This document shows, piece after piece, positions 48,773 through 58,579 of a stretch of DNA of 59,493 nucleotides; position 1 is the stretch's first letter; each line of letters opens with the position of its first letter. Source of the stretch: Candidatus Velthaea sp. (GTDB lineage: Bacteria; Vulcanimicrobiota; Vulcanimicrobiia; Vulcanimicrobiales; Vulcanimicrobiaceae). The notes under the pieces are model-generated. The model worked only from the letters and a program-made list of their open reading frames with translations, was not told the DNA's origin and did no database searches. A program made the translations under genes and the position numbers. The DNA lies in the NCBI GenBank assembly GCA_050012475.1, contig JBEKHC010000020.1:1-59493 (forward strand), written 5' to 3'.

Positions 48773-49753
48773 TTAGGGGCCTGAGGTCAGACGCTCGCCC
48801 GCCGTCAAGAAGGTCTCGATGGCCGAATACACGGCTTGCGGTTCCTCTTCGTGGGGCAGGAGACCGGATGCCGCAAAGGTCACGAGCGACGCGCGCCGCG
48901 CCAACTTCAAGAACTCGTAGGCGTTCGGCAACTTGTTCACGCTGGGGGCGTGCTCGCCCCACGCGATGAGCACGGGTGCATCGATGAAGGGCAGGTCGCG
49001 GGCAACGTTCACGTTGAGCCCGCCGCCGACGAAGAACGCCGGAACGAAGCGCGCCCCCGGTTGATGCGTCACCGCATAGTAGTGGTCGAGAATTTCAGGC
49101 GTAATGCTGCTTTTGTCGTAGTAGCTCTGATGTTCCAAGAACCAGTGTAACGATGGCCGCGAGGCCAGGCCGTTCCAGAGCGCCTCGCCGACCACCGGCG
49201 AGCGAAGCAGTCCGGTGACGGCGTTTTGAGCTGCTGTCGGCTCTTTGTCGAGCACTCCGCCCAGGCCCGTCGGACAGATCGTGACGAGGCCGGCGACGCG
49301 GTCGGCTGCCCGCGCGGCGGCCCGGATCGTGAACGCCCCGCCCAGCGATGAACCCACGAGGGTGGTGGGTTCGGTGCCGAACTCTCCGAGCGCGTCGACG
49401 ATCTGCTCCACGAACAACTCGGCGGAATAGATCAGATTCGGGCGGTCGGACAGGCCGCAGCCCAACAGGTCGAAGGCGACGACGCGATGCGTTTCGGCCA
49501 GCAGCCCGAAGAGCTTACGGAATTCGTAGGACGACGCCCCGGCATAAATGCCGTGCACGAGCACGATCAGCGGACCGCTCCCGGCTTCCGCCGCGAAGAT
49601 ATCGTAGCCCCGCCACGTCCAGCGGCGTTGGGTGCCGCCCAGGTGATTCGTCGGCAAGGGAGCGTCGCGCAATCCATGATTGATGGCGGCGACGGTTCCG
49701 GCTACACCTGCGCCGGCAATGAAAGGGCGCAGGAGTTTCTTCAAGCGACTCAT
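48773..49753 (-). CDS. Alpha/beta fold hydrolase
   Basis: LVHGI, FDLLGCGLSDRP, nucleophile elbow GSSLG, LPHEE. Confidence 0.88.
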   Translation of the reverse strand: MSRLKKLLRPFIAGAGVAGTVAAINHGLRDAPLPTNHLGGTQRRWTWRGYDIFAAEAGSGPLIVLVHGIYAGASSYEFRKLFGLLAETHRVVAFDLLGCGLSDRPNLIYSAELFVEQIVDALGEFGTEPTTLVGSSLGGAFTIRAAARAADRVAGLVTICPTGLGGVLDKEPTAAQNAVTGLLRSPVVGEALWNGLASRPSLHWFLEHQSYYDKSSITPEILDHYYAVTHQPGARFVPAFFVGGGLNVNVARDLPFIDAPVLIAWGEHAPSVNKLPNAYEFLKLARRASLVTFAASGLLPHEEEPQAVYSAIETFLTAGERLTSGP

Positions 49754-50304
49754 CGTGAACTTGACTCTTCGCCGTGTCGGCGGCAATCTCCCGACCCCGG
49801 ACCTGTCACCTTTGGCAGGCCGTTGCGCGCGCGCCGTGCGCGCGGACAATTCATATACACGTTAGCGAGTACGCGACGTTCGCCGCGCGCGCATTCCGAC
49901 AGCCTGCAACAGCATGCACACCGACGATATCCAATTGGATAGCAACGATTGCAATTAATTTAGCGTTGGTGGGGTGATGAACGGATCATCGCGCAGTAAA
50001 CTGCGGATACAGCAAAGGTTACGATGGGGCATCTTGCCTTCTACCGCGTCGGATGTGCGACACTTGTCTGGACATGCGGAGATTTGTGCCGACTCTCACC
50101 TGACGCCGTCGGAACTTAGCACCAGCGCTTTTGGTTCGCGATCGACCCGTTCACGCACAACTCATTTATGACTTGGTGCTTGTCGCGTCTGCCACCGTTT
50201 GCACGATTGCCGGGAACGTTGAGCCGTCCGGTTTTTCTTTCGCTGCGCGCGGCCGGGTCCGGCGCGGGGCATGTGCGGAGTCTATTTGACCGAAGGGACA
50301 ACTT

Positions 50305-51603
50305 TTGAAGAAACTCTTACCACTCGTTGCGTTTAGTTTGATCGCGTTTGCGGGCACCGCTGCCGCGCAAGCGCAGACGTCGCCGACGCCCGCTCCATCG
50401 CCGGCGGCGTCGCCCGCGCCGGCGGCATCACCGTCACCGACCGCTTCACCGTCACCGCCGCCGCATCTGATCCAATTCAGCGGGTTTGCGGATGCGGCGT
50501 ATTCGTCGCACGTCGGCAACGGCACGAGCAAATTCGTGAACAACTATCCGTCGCGCGTTTTCGACTATAACGATCGCACGCCGGATCTGCAGAACCTCAA
50601 CGTCAACGCGGCGCTCAACGCCGGCAACCTGACCGGGAAGCTCGAACTGAGCGCCGGCACGGACGCCGACATCATTCAGTCGTATCCGGGCGCGTTCAAC
50701 AGCTTCGACGTCACCCAAGCGTATTTGGCCTACCAGCTCGGGCATCTTTCGGTGCAGGGCGGTAAGTTCGAAACGCTGGCCGGCGCCGAAGTCATCGAGT
50801 ATCCCGGCAACCTCAACTTTTCACGTTCGATCCTGTTCGGTTTTGCGATCCCGTTCACGCATACCGGCGGACGGTTGACGTACGCGCTCACGCCGCATCT
50901 CAATGTCATCGGCGGCGTCAATGCCGGCTGGGACGAAGTCCGCTCGATCAACGGGCGGCTGACCGGCGAGTACGGCCTGGCGTTCACGCCCAGCTCCGCG
51001 CTGACATTCAACGCCCAGGGCTACACCGGGATCGAGCAGCTCTCGAACTATGTGAATCCCTACAGCCCGTACATCTCGGGCACGCCCAATCAAACGGCAA
51101 CGTCGCAGGCGATCACGCCGGGCGGTCTGCCGGTCACTTTGCCGGCGATCATTCCGCCGTGTATCGACGGCGTTGCGCGCTGCGCGCAAGGACAGCGCTC
51201 ACTCATCGATCTCGCCGGCACGGTCCATCCGACGACGGCAACCACGTTCACGCTCAACTACGACCGCGGTCTGCAGCACAATGCCAGCTTGGGCGATGCC
51301 GACGGCGCGGCCACCGCGGGTTGGAGCGGCCTGGCGGGATACCTTGGATATAACTTCACGCCCAAACTTTCGATCGCCGGCCGGTATGAAGGCTTCCACG
51401 ATACCGACGGCTATCGCACCGGTTTCGTCCAGTTCTGGCGCGAAGGAACGGGAACCGTTTCCTACAACCTGACGTCGGCGCTCACGCTGCGTGCCGAATA
51501 CCGGCACGACGTTTCCGATCACGACGTGTTCCTCAATGCCGACGGTACGACGTTCGGTCATCAGAACAGCACGGTATCGCTCGACGGCTTGGTCAAGTTC
51601 TAG
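50305..51603 (+). CDS. Outer membrane beta-barrel porin (BBP2/DUF1597-like)
   Basis: Signal peptide, SP-rich linker, QAY, GKFETLAGAEVI, NFSRSILF, PFTHTG, LRAEYRHD, terminal Phe. Confidence 0.82.
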   Translation: MKKLLPLVAFSLIAFAGTAAAQAQTSPTPAPSPAASPAPAASPSPTASPSPPPHLIQFSGFADAAYSSHVGNGTSKFVNNYPSRVFDYNDRTPDLQNLNVNAALNAGNLTGKLELSAGTDADIIQSYPGAFNSFDVTQAYLAYQLGHLSVQGGKFETLAGAEVIEYPGNLNFSRSILFGFAIPFTHTGGRLTYALTPHLNVIGGVNAGWDEVRSINGRLTGEYGLAFTPSSALTFNAQGYTGIEQLSNYVNPYSPYISGTPNQTATSQAITPGGLPVTLPAIIPPCIDGVARCAQGQRSLIDLAGTVHPTTATTFTLNYDRGLQHNASLGDADGAATAGWSGLAGYLGYNFTPKLSIAGRYEGFHDTDGYRTGFVQFWREGTGTVSYNLTSALTLRAEYRHDVSDHDVFLNADGTTFGHQNSTVSLDGLVKF

Positions 51604-51656
51604 GCCGTCACGCAAACTGCCGGCGCTCGTGCGCCGGCAACGCTCCCAAACCAATC

Positions 51657-51686
51657 GAGCCCCGGCGTCGCAGCCGGGGCTCTTTT
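51657..51686 (+). terminator. Intrinsic terminator
   Basis: GAGCCCCGGC-GTCGCA-GCCGGGGCTC-TTTT after the porin gene. Confidence 0.75.
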
Positions 51687-51688
51687 CG

Positions 51689-53281
51689 TCAGCGCCCGAT
51701 CAGGGCGCCGATCAGCGCCATATCGAGATGGGTTCGGACATGCGCGGCCCACCCGGCCAAGCGGTCCTCACGTTCGAGTTGCCAGGCCGATCCCGGCCCG
51801 GCAGGCCTGAGCCCGACGGCGGCTCGCGCGCATGCGAGCACGATGTGCCGGAAGGCATCGTTGCTGAAGAAGTCGTGCACGTAGGTCCCGACGATCATGC
51901 CATCGGCGTCGGCCGCACCGTCTTCCCCGAAATCGTGCACCGCCGCCGGCGGGACGCCCGCCCGGCGCGCCGTCCGGCCTTGATGGATTTCGTAGCCCTC
52001 GAATGCGGGGCGGCTGACGGGTTGGCCGAACAGGAGCGCGGGCTCGTACCTCGCGCGTACGCGCCGCGTCGTTTTCTCGCGCGCCAAGTCGGTCGTGAGC
52101 GCCAGCAGGCCGAATGTCGCGCGCGTTCCGCCGCCTTCGACCGTGTGCGGGTCAGCGACCGATTCGCCCAGCATCTGCATCCCGGCGCAGATTCCGACGA
52201 GCGGCTTACGCGCTGCGGCGTGCGCCGTGATCGCGGGGACGAAGCCGCCCTCGACGAGCCAGTCGTAGTCGGCGATCGTCGCTTTCGATCCGGGCAACAC
52301 GAGCACGTCGGCGCCAGCGAGATCGCGGGGAGTGTCGACGAAGCGCACCTGCACGTCGGGCTCGCCCTCGAGCGCATCGAAATCCGTTGCGTTGGCCAAG
52401 TGCGGAAACGCTACGACCGCGACCCGCAGCCGGCGGGTCGGCTGCGGATCGCGATCGAACGGCAGCGCGCGCTGGCGGCGTTTGGCAAAGTCGACGCCGT
52501 CTTCTTCGTCGAGGCCGAGATCGTGAACGAACGGGATCACGCCCGCGCACGGGATGCCCAGCCGTTCGACGATTTCATCGATTCCCGGCTGCAACAACGA
52601 AACGTCGCCGCGGAACTTGTTGACGACGAAGGCGCGGATCCGCGCGCGTTCGTGCGGCTCGAGCAACAGCAGCGTTCCGGCGAGCGCCGCGAACATGCCG
52701 CCGCGATCGATATCGGCGACGAGGATGCAGGCCGCGCCGGCTGCTTCGGCCATGCGCAAGTTCACGATGTCGCCGGCTTTTAAATTGATTTCGGCCGGCG
52801 AGCCGGCGCCTTCGAGCACGATCGCGTCGGCATCGCGCGCGAGCCGTTCGTACGCTGCGACAACGACCGGAAACAGCGCGTTGACGCGCTCGGTGTGATA
52901 GCGCCGGGCGTCGGAATCACCGGCCGGCCGGCCCAGGACGACGACTTGCGAACGCTGATCCGACATCGGTTTGAGCAGCACGGGGTTCATGTCCACGCTG
53001 GCCGGCACGCGCGCAGCTTCCGCTTGCAGCGCTTGCGCGCGGCCGATCTCGCCGCCGTCGGCCGTGGCTGCCGAATTGAGCGACATGTTCTGCGCCTTGA
53101 ACGGCCGCACGCGCAGGCCCTCGTCGGCGAAAATGCGGCAGAGCGCGGCGGCGATGAGCGACTTTCCGACGTGCGATGCGGTCCCCAACACCATGAGTCC
53201 GCGGGCGGATCCGTTCACTATGCGTGATCCGCCGTTCGTCGCCGTTTCGCCGCCGTCGCCGCGGCGCGTCGAGATGCTCAT
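51689..53281 (-). CDS. cobQ: Cobyric acid synthase (with a 21-aa PduO-like N-terminal extension; alternative start GTG 53218)
   Basis: GTASHVGKS, PFKAQNMSLNS, EIGRAQ, MNPVLLKP, EGAGSPAEINL, ADIDRGG, NKFRGD, GICAGMQMLG. Confidence 0.95.
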   Translation of the reverse strand: MSISTRRGDGGETATNGGSRIVNGSARGLMVLGTASHVGKSLIAAALCRIFADEGLRVRPFKAQNMSLNSAATADGGEIGRAQALQAEAARVPASVDMNPVLLKPMSDQRSQVVVLGRPAGDSDARRYHTERVNALFPVVVAAYERLARDADAIVLEGAGSPAEINLKAGDIVNLRMAEAAGAACILVADIDRGGMFAALAGTLLLLEPHERARIRAFVVNKFRGDVSLLQPGIDEIVERLGIPCAGVIPFVHDLGLDEEDGVDFAKRRQRALPFDRDPQPTRRLRVAVVAFPHLANATDFDALEGEPDVQVRFVDTPRDLAGADVLVLPGSKATIADYDWLVEGGFVPAITAHAAARKPLVGICAGMQMLGESVADPHTVEGGGTRATFGLLALTTDLAREKTTRRVRARYEPALLFGQPVSRPAFEGYEIHQGRTARRAGVPPAAVHDFGEDGAADADGMIVGTYVHDFFSNDAFRHIVLACARAAVGLRPAGPGSAWQLEREDRLAGWAAHVRTHLDMALIGALIGR

Positions 53282-53338
53282 GCAGCGGCCCGATTAGAGC
53301 AAGGTTCCCCAACGCCTCCCGGCAAAGCAAAGCGCTAT

Positions 53339-53583
53339 CGTTCGTGCGATGGGAACCCGGTGTAATTCCGGGGCGGTCGCGCCACTGTAAGCGGGGAGCC
53401 GCTGTCGATCACTGCGCCGCGTGAGCGGTGATTTTCGTCGGATCGAGGCGCGCGAAGGCGAAGTTTGCTTCAGCAAATGAGCCTTCGCGCAACGAAGAGC
53501 CCGGCGGAAATCATCGCTCACGCGGGTGGGAAGGTTGCAGCATACGGTTGTGATCCGCGAAGTCAGGATATCTCGCCCGAACG
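53339..53583 (+). promoter_or_regulatory. Cobalamin riboswitch
   Basis: GGGAACCCGGTGTAATTCCGGGGCGGTCGCGCCACTGT, CACTG...GGGAAGG and B12-box-like AAGTCAGGATATCTCGCC; closing helix CGTTCG.GCGA/TCGC.CGAACG; upstream of btuB. Confidence 0.9.
53428..53514. repeat. Palindromic dispersed repeat, family A copy 4 (inverted, diverged) inside the riboswitch
   Basis: Reverse complement contains the identical 27-nt core GGCTCATTTGCTGAAGCAAACTTCGCC and TGATTT...AAATCA termini. Confidence 0.8.
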
Positions 53584-53617
53584 CGTCACCTGCCCAACCT
53601 CGCGCAAAGGTAGGATC

Positions 53618-55525
53618 GTGTTTCGCAAATTTTTTCGGCGCGCAGCGTTCGCTACGCTGGTGCCGCTCGTCTCATTCGTTCCCGTTGCCGTGCGCGCCGA
53701 TCCGGCGCCTCAGCCCAGTGCGACCCCGCCGAGCGAAATCGGCCGCGTGTTTACCAGCGACCGGCACGAAGAACCGATTGCGAAGACAACGCGAGCGACC
53801 TACGTCGTCGATCGCGCGCACATCGAAGCGCGCGGCGACCGTACCGTCGCCGATGCGATCGCCGGCGTGCCGGGCGTCGAGATGTATCGCTACGGTGCGT
53901 TCGGCGCGCAAGCCAATGTGTTCATCCGCGGCGCGTCGTCGACGAGCGCGTTGGTGCTGCTCGACGGCGCACCGATGACGCCGGGCTCGAACGAGCAGCT
54001 CGATCTGGGCACGTTCTCGACCGCCGGCGTGCGCCGGATCGAAGTCGTCGAAGGCAGCGGCGCGACGCTGTACGGTTCCAACGCCGTCGGCGGCGTCATC
54101 AACATCATCACCGACGTCCCGCGCGGAACGTATCTCGAAGCCTCAGCCGGCTCGCTGGCGGATCGCGACCTGCGCGTCGGCGTCGGCGACGGGCAATTCG
54201 GTGCGTCGTTCGAGCGGCACATCGCGAGCAACGACTATAGCTATATCGCGATCCCGGTTCCCGGGGCGACGCCGATTCCGGCCGGAACGCGGTCCAACGC
54301 GGATGCCGAGCAAACGGCATCCCGCGTGTCGTACAACGCCAACCTCGGCCCGGACTGGAACCTGCGGCTGCGTTTCGGTGCCGACGAGATGCACCTCGGC
54401 GTCCCCGGTTCGCTCAGCTTCGGCGCGGACGATTTCTCGCGCCAGAACGTCGCGCGCAACGATGCGCATCTCGACCTCACCCACACCGGCGCGTCGAGCG
54501 CGACCACCCTCACGCTCTTCGGTCTGCAGCAGAAGCTCGATTACGTCGATCCGTCGTCCGCGACCGAAAACCCGACCGACGACGGCCGCACGCAAGTCTC
54601 GCTGCGCAACGTCGTCACCGGCGGTCCCTCGACGCTCACCGTGGGCGCCGACTTCGTGCGCGAGTCTGCGGTGCTGGCCAACATCGCGCAGTTCGACCCG
54701 GTGACCTTCGCCGTCACCGGCTATGCGACGACCGGCGCAACCCAATCGCAATCGGCGCTCTACGCTCAGGACCAGTATACGCTGCGCGACGGGGTCCAGA
54801 TCAACGGCGGCCTGCGCGGCGAAAACGACGCGCCGCTCGGCAGTGCGCTGACACCCAGTCTTGGGTTCGCGGTTCCGCTGGCAACCGGAACCCGGCTCGT
54901 GATCAACGCGGGCACGGCGTTTCGCGTGCCGACGATCGTCGACCGTTACTATCCCGGTTATGCCAATCCGAATTTGAAGCCGGAACGCTCGAAGGATGGC
55001 GACATCACGCTGCAGAGCAGCTCGTTTCTGGGAGGTGCGAGCCTGGGGTTCTTCCTGCGCGATTCGGCGAATTTGATCGAACTGAACTCGGCGTTCGTAC
55101 CACAGAATGTCGCCCGCGCGGCGCTGCGCGGCCTGTTCGGCACCGTGCGCACCCGGCCGTATCACGGCTTCGTCACGACGCTGTCGGTGACCGATACGTA
55201 TCGGGCGGCGAACCGGTCACCTGGCGCGCCGGAAACGCGCCTGTTCTTCACGCCGGTGTTCGTTTCCAAGCTCGGCCTCGAGCGCGGGTTCGGCGGTAGC
55301 GGCTTGAGCGTCGGCGCCCAGGCGAACGTCTTCGGGCCGCACGTCGAGAGCACGGGTTTCAATCCCGACGGGCAAACGACCGTCGACGCCTACGTTCGCG
55401 GCCGGCTCACGCAGGACACCGTGCTGACCGTGCGCGCCGCCAACCTCGGTAACGAACGCTATTCGCCGATCCTCGGCTACCCGGCGCCGGGCCGGACATT
55501 CGAGGTCGAGTTGTCGACGCGATGA
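53618..55525 (+). CDS. btuB: TonB-dependent cobalamin receptor
   Basis: Plug motifs FIRGAS, LVLLDG, RIEVVEGSGATLYGSNAVGGVINIIT; AFRVPT, NPNLKPE, PGRTF; under a B12 riboswitch. Confidence 0.85.
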   Translation: MFRKFFRRAAFATLVPLVSFVPVAVRADPAPQPSATPPSEIGRVFTSDRHEEPIAKTTRATYVVDRAHIEARGDRTVADAIAGVPGVEMYRYGAFGAQANVFIRGASSTSALVLLDGAPMTPGSNEQLDLGTFSTAGVRRIEVVEGSGATLYGSNAVGGVINIITDVPRGTYLEASAGSLADRDLRVGVGDGQFGASFERHIASNDYSYIAIPVPGATPIPAGTRSNADAEQTASRVSYNANLGPDWNLRLRFGADEMHLGVPGSLSFGADDFSRQNVARNDAHLDLTHTGASSATTLTLFGLQQKLDYVDPSSATENPTDDGRTQVSLRNVVTGGPSTLTVGADFVRESAVLANIAQFDPVTFAVTGYATTGATQSQSALYAQDQYTLRDGVQINGGLRGENDAPLGSALTPSLGFAVPLATGTRLVINAGTAFRVPTIVDRYYPGYANPNLKPERSKDGDITLQSSSFLGGASLGFFLRDSANLIELNSAFVPQNVARAALRGLFGTVRTRPYHGFVTTLSVTDTYRAANRSPGAPETRLFFTPVFVSKLGLERGFGGSGLSVGAQANVFGPHVESTGFNPDGQTTVDAYVRGRLTQDTVLTVRAANLGNERYSPILGYPAPGRTFEVELSTR

Positions 55526-56547
55526 TCGCGGCGGCCGCGTTGGCCGTCGCGACGGCGATCGCGGTGCGGGTCGTGTCGTTGGCACCGGCGCTGACCGAGG
55601 ACCTCTTCGCGATCGGCGCCGGCGCGCAAGTCGTCGGCGTCGACGACCTCTCGAACCGGCCGCCCGCGGCGCTGCGCGTTCCGCGCGTCGGCTCGATGCG
55701 CACGATCAACAGTGAAGCGATCGCCGCCCTCAATCCCGATCTCGTCGTGGGCATCGCGTATCAAGCGCCGACGCTGCGCGATCTTTCCCGGGTGGGCGTG
55801 CACACGCAAGCGCTAGCGGTCGACTCGCTGGCCGACGACTTCGCCGCGATCGCAGCGCTCGGGCGCGCGACGGGTCACGTTCGCGAGGCAGCGCGGCTGC
55901 TCGCGACGATCCGGCACCGGCTCGACGCGGTGCGCGCCACGACGCGCGCACTGCCCGCGCCGCGCGCGTTGGCGTTCATCGGGATGGGCATCGCGCCGTT
56001 CTACACTGCGGGACGCGGCTCGTACATCGACGACTTGTTCGCCGTCGCGCACATCCGCAACGTCGCGGGGGATGTGAAAGCAGCGTATCCCGCACTTTCG
56101 AGCGAAACCATCGAAGCCGCCGATCCCGACGTGCTCGTGATTCCGCGCGGGGCGACCATTCCGACCCAGCCGCCGTGGTCGCGCCTGCGCGCAGTGCGCC
56201 TCCACCGCTTCATCGAGATCGATGAAGACGATTATCTGCGGCCCGGTCGGTCGCGCCGCCGACCGGCAATAGATCCCCGAGCGCTACTCTCGGCGCCGGT
56301 ATCTCGAGTGCCGGCCCGTGTCCGTCTAGTTCTAGTCGGAAAGGCAGCTGCACGGCCATCGTGTGGTTGCCGTGCAGCCGCGGTCCTGATCAGTTCGAGA
56401 AGCCGACCCGACAATCACTCGAATTCAGCGCCGTCGAAACCGTTCCAAACGATGCGCCCGTCGCGATGTTGTAGGTCGTGGACGTGTTCCCGCCCCGACT
56501 GCCCGATTTCACGGTTAGATAAATATGAAGATCACACGCCGGCGTAG
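55522..56547 (+). CDS. btuF: Cobalamin ABC substrate-binding protein; recognisable only to ~56250, then non-homologous read-through
   Basis: RVVSLAPALTEDLFAIGAG, EAIAALNPDLVV, SYIDD, WSRLRAV, DDYLRPG; the expected final helix is absent. Confidence 0.75.
   Translation: MIAAAALAVATAIAVRVVSLAPALTEDLFAIGAGAQVVGVDDLSNRPPAALRVPRVGSMRTINSEAIAALNPDLVVGIAYQAPTLRDLSRVGVHTQALAVDSLADDFAAIAALGRATGHVREAARLLATIRHRLDAVRATTRALPAPRALAFIGMGIAPFYTAGRGSYIDDLFAVAHIRNVAGDVKAAYPALSSETIEAADPDVLVIPRGATIPTQPPWSRLRAVRLHRFIEIDEDDYLRPGRSRRRPAIDPRALLSAPVSRVPARVRLVLVGKAAARPSCGCRAAAVLISSRSRPDNHSNSAPSKPFQTMRPSRCCRSWTCSRPDCPISRLDKYEDHTPA
56347..56378 (-). terminator. Hairpin terminating the lipoprotein pair
   Basis: 10-bp stem GCTGCACGGC/GCCGTGCAGC just past the TGA at 56390. 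Confidence 0.5.
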
Positions 56548-57464
56548 TCGTCGTCAACGTGTGCAGGAGGGAGCCTTGCGGCCTCGGCTGCTCGCGGCGA
56601 ACGCGTACTAAGGCTCCGCTCTCACCGTCCCTCCGACTGGTTCCGGATGACATGGAGGGCGGCGCCGGTGAGTGTGACGTTCGACGACACGTTCGAGCCG
56701 TCGCTGTTGGGTGCGGGCGTCGCTAAGAGCTCCAAGCTTTGCGCGGCTTGGTTGGTGTCGGTGATCGTATAGACCGGAGCGGCCGTGGGCGCCGCGTTCG
56801 GAGCCGGTGTCGCGATGGTCAAGCCGGTTCCGGCCGTCGACACGGCCGGAGTGATCGCCCCCGCGCCGAGGATCTGATTGTTGTCGGCATCGAGCGCGAC
56901 GACCGAAAACGGCGTTGCGGCGCCGCTGACATAGTGGAAGCCGCTGGCCTGGGAACCGCAGACGTTTGCCGAGGCCGATGCGATTTGCACGGACGTAGCG
57001 AGTCCGTAGAGCGTCATCGAGCACGTGTTGGCGGTATCGGCGACGATCGTGCACGACCCTGCCGTGTTTGACGCCAACTCGTTCCCGACGGCATTGGCGG
57101 CGTCCCAGAGACGTACGGCAAGCGCATGCGTTCCGGTGCTCAGAGCGAGCGTGACGGTGCACGTCCCCGCAGAACAGTTCGACGTTGCAACCGCGGGGTT
57201 CGCGCCGTCAACAGCCACTGACACACTCTGGGTCGAAGCCGACACATATTGCGGCCGCGTGCGAGCCGCTGCCGGTTTCGCCGCGCGGTTCGGAATCTTG
57301 AACGACAGGGTAACCGTGCTGATTGCGGCGGCGTTACGGGCCGGGGGAGCGGCGGCTTTTCCCGCGTCGGCCGCGGGCAGCGATGCCGTCGTCGTTGAGT
57401 TCGCGCCGCAGCCCTCCGCGGTCAATACGGCTGCGGCAAGGAGCGCGTGCAAAATGCTCTTCAT
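56390..57464 (-). pseudogene. Secreted/lipoprotein gene with frameshifted C-terminal part
   Basis: ORF 57464-56622 (signal peptide ...EGC, RPQYVSASTQSV, Thr/Ser-rich Ig-like) stops early; a different frame (56653-56390) continues with protein-like GSLLHTL...TYNIATGASFGTVST. Confidence 0.55.
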
Positions 57465-57465
57465 G

Positions 57466-58421
57466 TCATTGAACTCCGATGGTTGACGTCGTCACGCCGA
57501 CGCTCACCGAACTCGAGACGCTGTTGGTGTCGGTGACGCTGATGGTGCACGCGCCGGCGCCGGCCGGCGTCACGGTGAAGTGCTGATGATCCGCGGTCGA
57601 GACGGTTGCGATCGAAGCGCAAGTATTGGTCTGCGTCCAGGTGCCGGCGTAGCCCGTCTCGGTGACGGTGAAGCTTTGCGCGTAAGGAGCGCCGACGGCG
57701 TTGAACGTGAGGCTGCTGGGATTGGGCAGCGGAACTCCCGGCGTGGGTGACGCAGTGGGCGTCGGCGCGGGTGAAGGCGTGGGCGACGGCGTCGCCGGGC
57801 GGGGTCCTGGGGTTGCCGGAACGGGTGTCGGCGCGCTGATCGAGCGGCCATACAGGGCGACGCAGATCGTGCCGCCGGCCGGGATGGTGAAGCCGAAACG
57901 GCCGCTCACCAAGACCTGGGCCGACTTGCCGTCGGTGACGACGTTGCCCGGGCCGCCGTAACCGCCGACCCAACGTCCGTTTTGCTCGAGCGCAAGATTA
58001 TAAGCAACGAGCCGCGTCGCAAAATCCGGCGGCAAGACAAACGTGAAATTCGGCGCGTCGTTCAGGATAACCGTATAATTCGCGGTAAAGCATGCATAAA
58101 CGACGTCGGTGCTGAGGGCATCAAGCGGCGTCCGCACCACCGAAGCGGGCTGGCGAACGGCTCCCAGTGCGGAAACTCCCGCCGGGGCGCGATTCGTATA
58201 GGTGACGGTGAAGTCGAGGCCGGCGGGGACGGCGGCCAGCGGAAAGACCGCGTGACCGCCGTAATCGGTGCTCGACGGCAGAGGAACGGTCAGGGCGGCC
58301 GCGCCCGACGCTGCCGGCGTCAGCGAGTTGGTGCGTACGCGACGGTCTGCGGATCGGAGTTGCAGCCGGACAGAAAGCCAGCCGCGACCGCAATGAGTCC
58401 CGCGGTCACTAGGGTGCGCAT
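57466..58421 (-). pseudogene. Lipoprotein gene split by a frameshift after the signal peptide
   Basis: ATG 58421 gives MRTLVTAGLIAVAAGFLSGCNSDPQTVAYAPTR* (lipobox LSGC, stop 58320); the mature region with a PT/PS linker and Ig-like C-terminus continues in another frame to 57466. Confidence 0.7.
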
Positions 58422-58579
58422 AAAGTGAAGGTATTCCCTCGGTTCTGCACGTCAGAGTCGTGACGTGATACCAACGGGTCATCGGCGCGCCGAGAACCGA
58501 CCGCAGAAAAAGAGTTCAGCGCATTGTCAAGATACGACGCAACCGGCCGGCGCGCGGTCCGTAGGCGAGCCGTAAAAGA

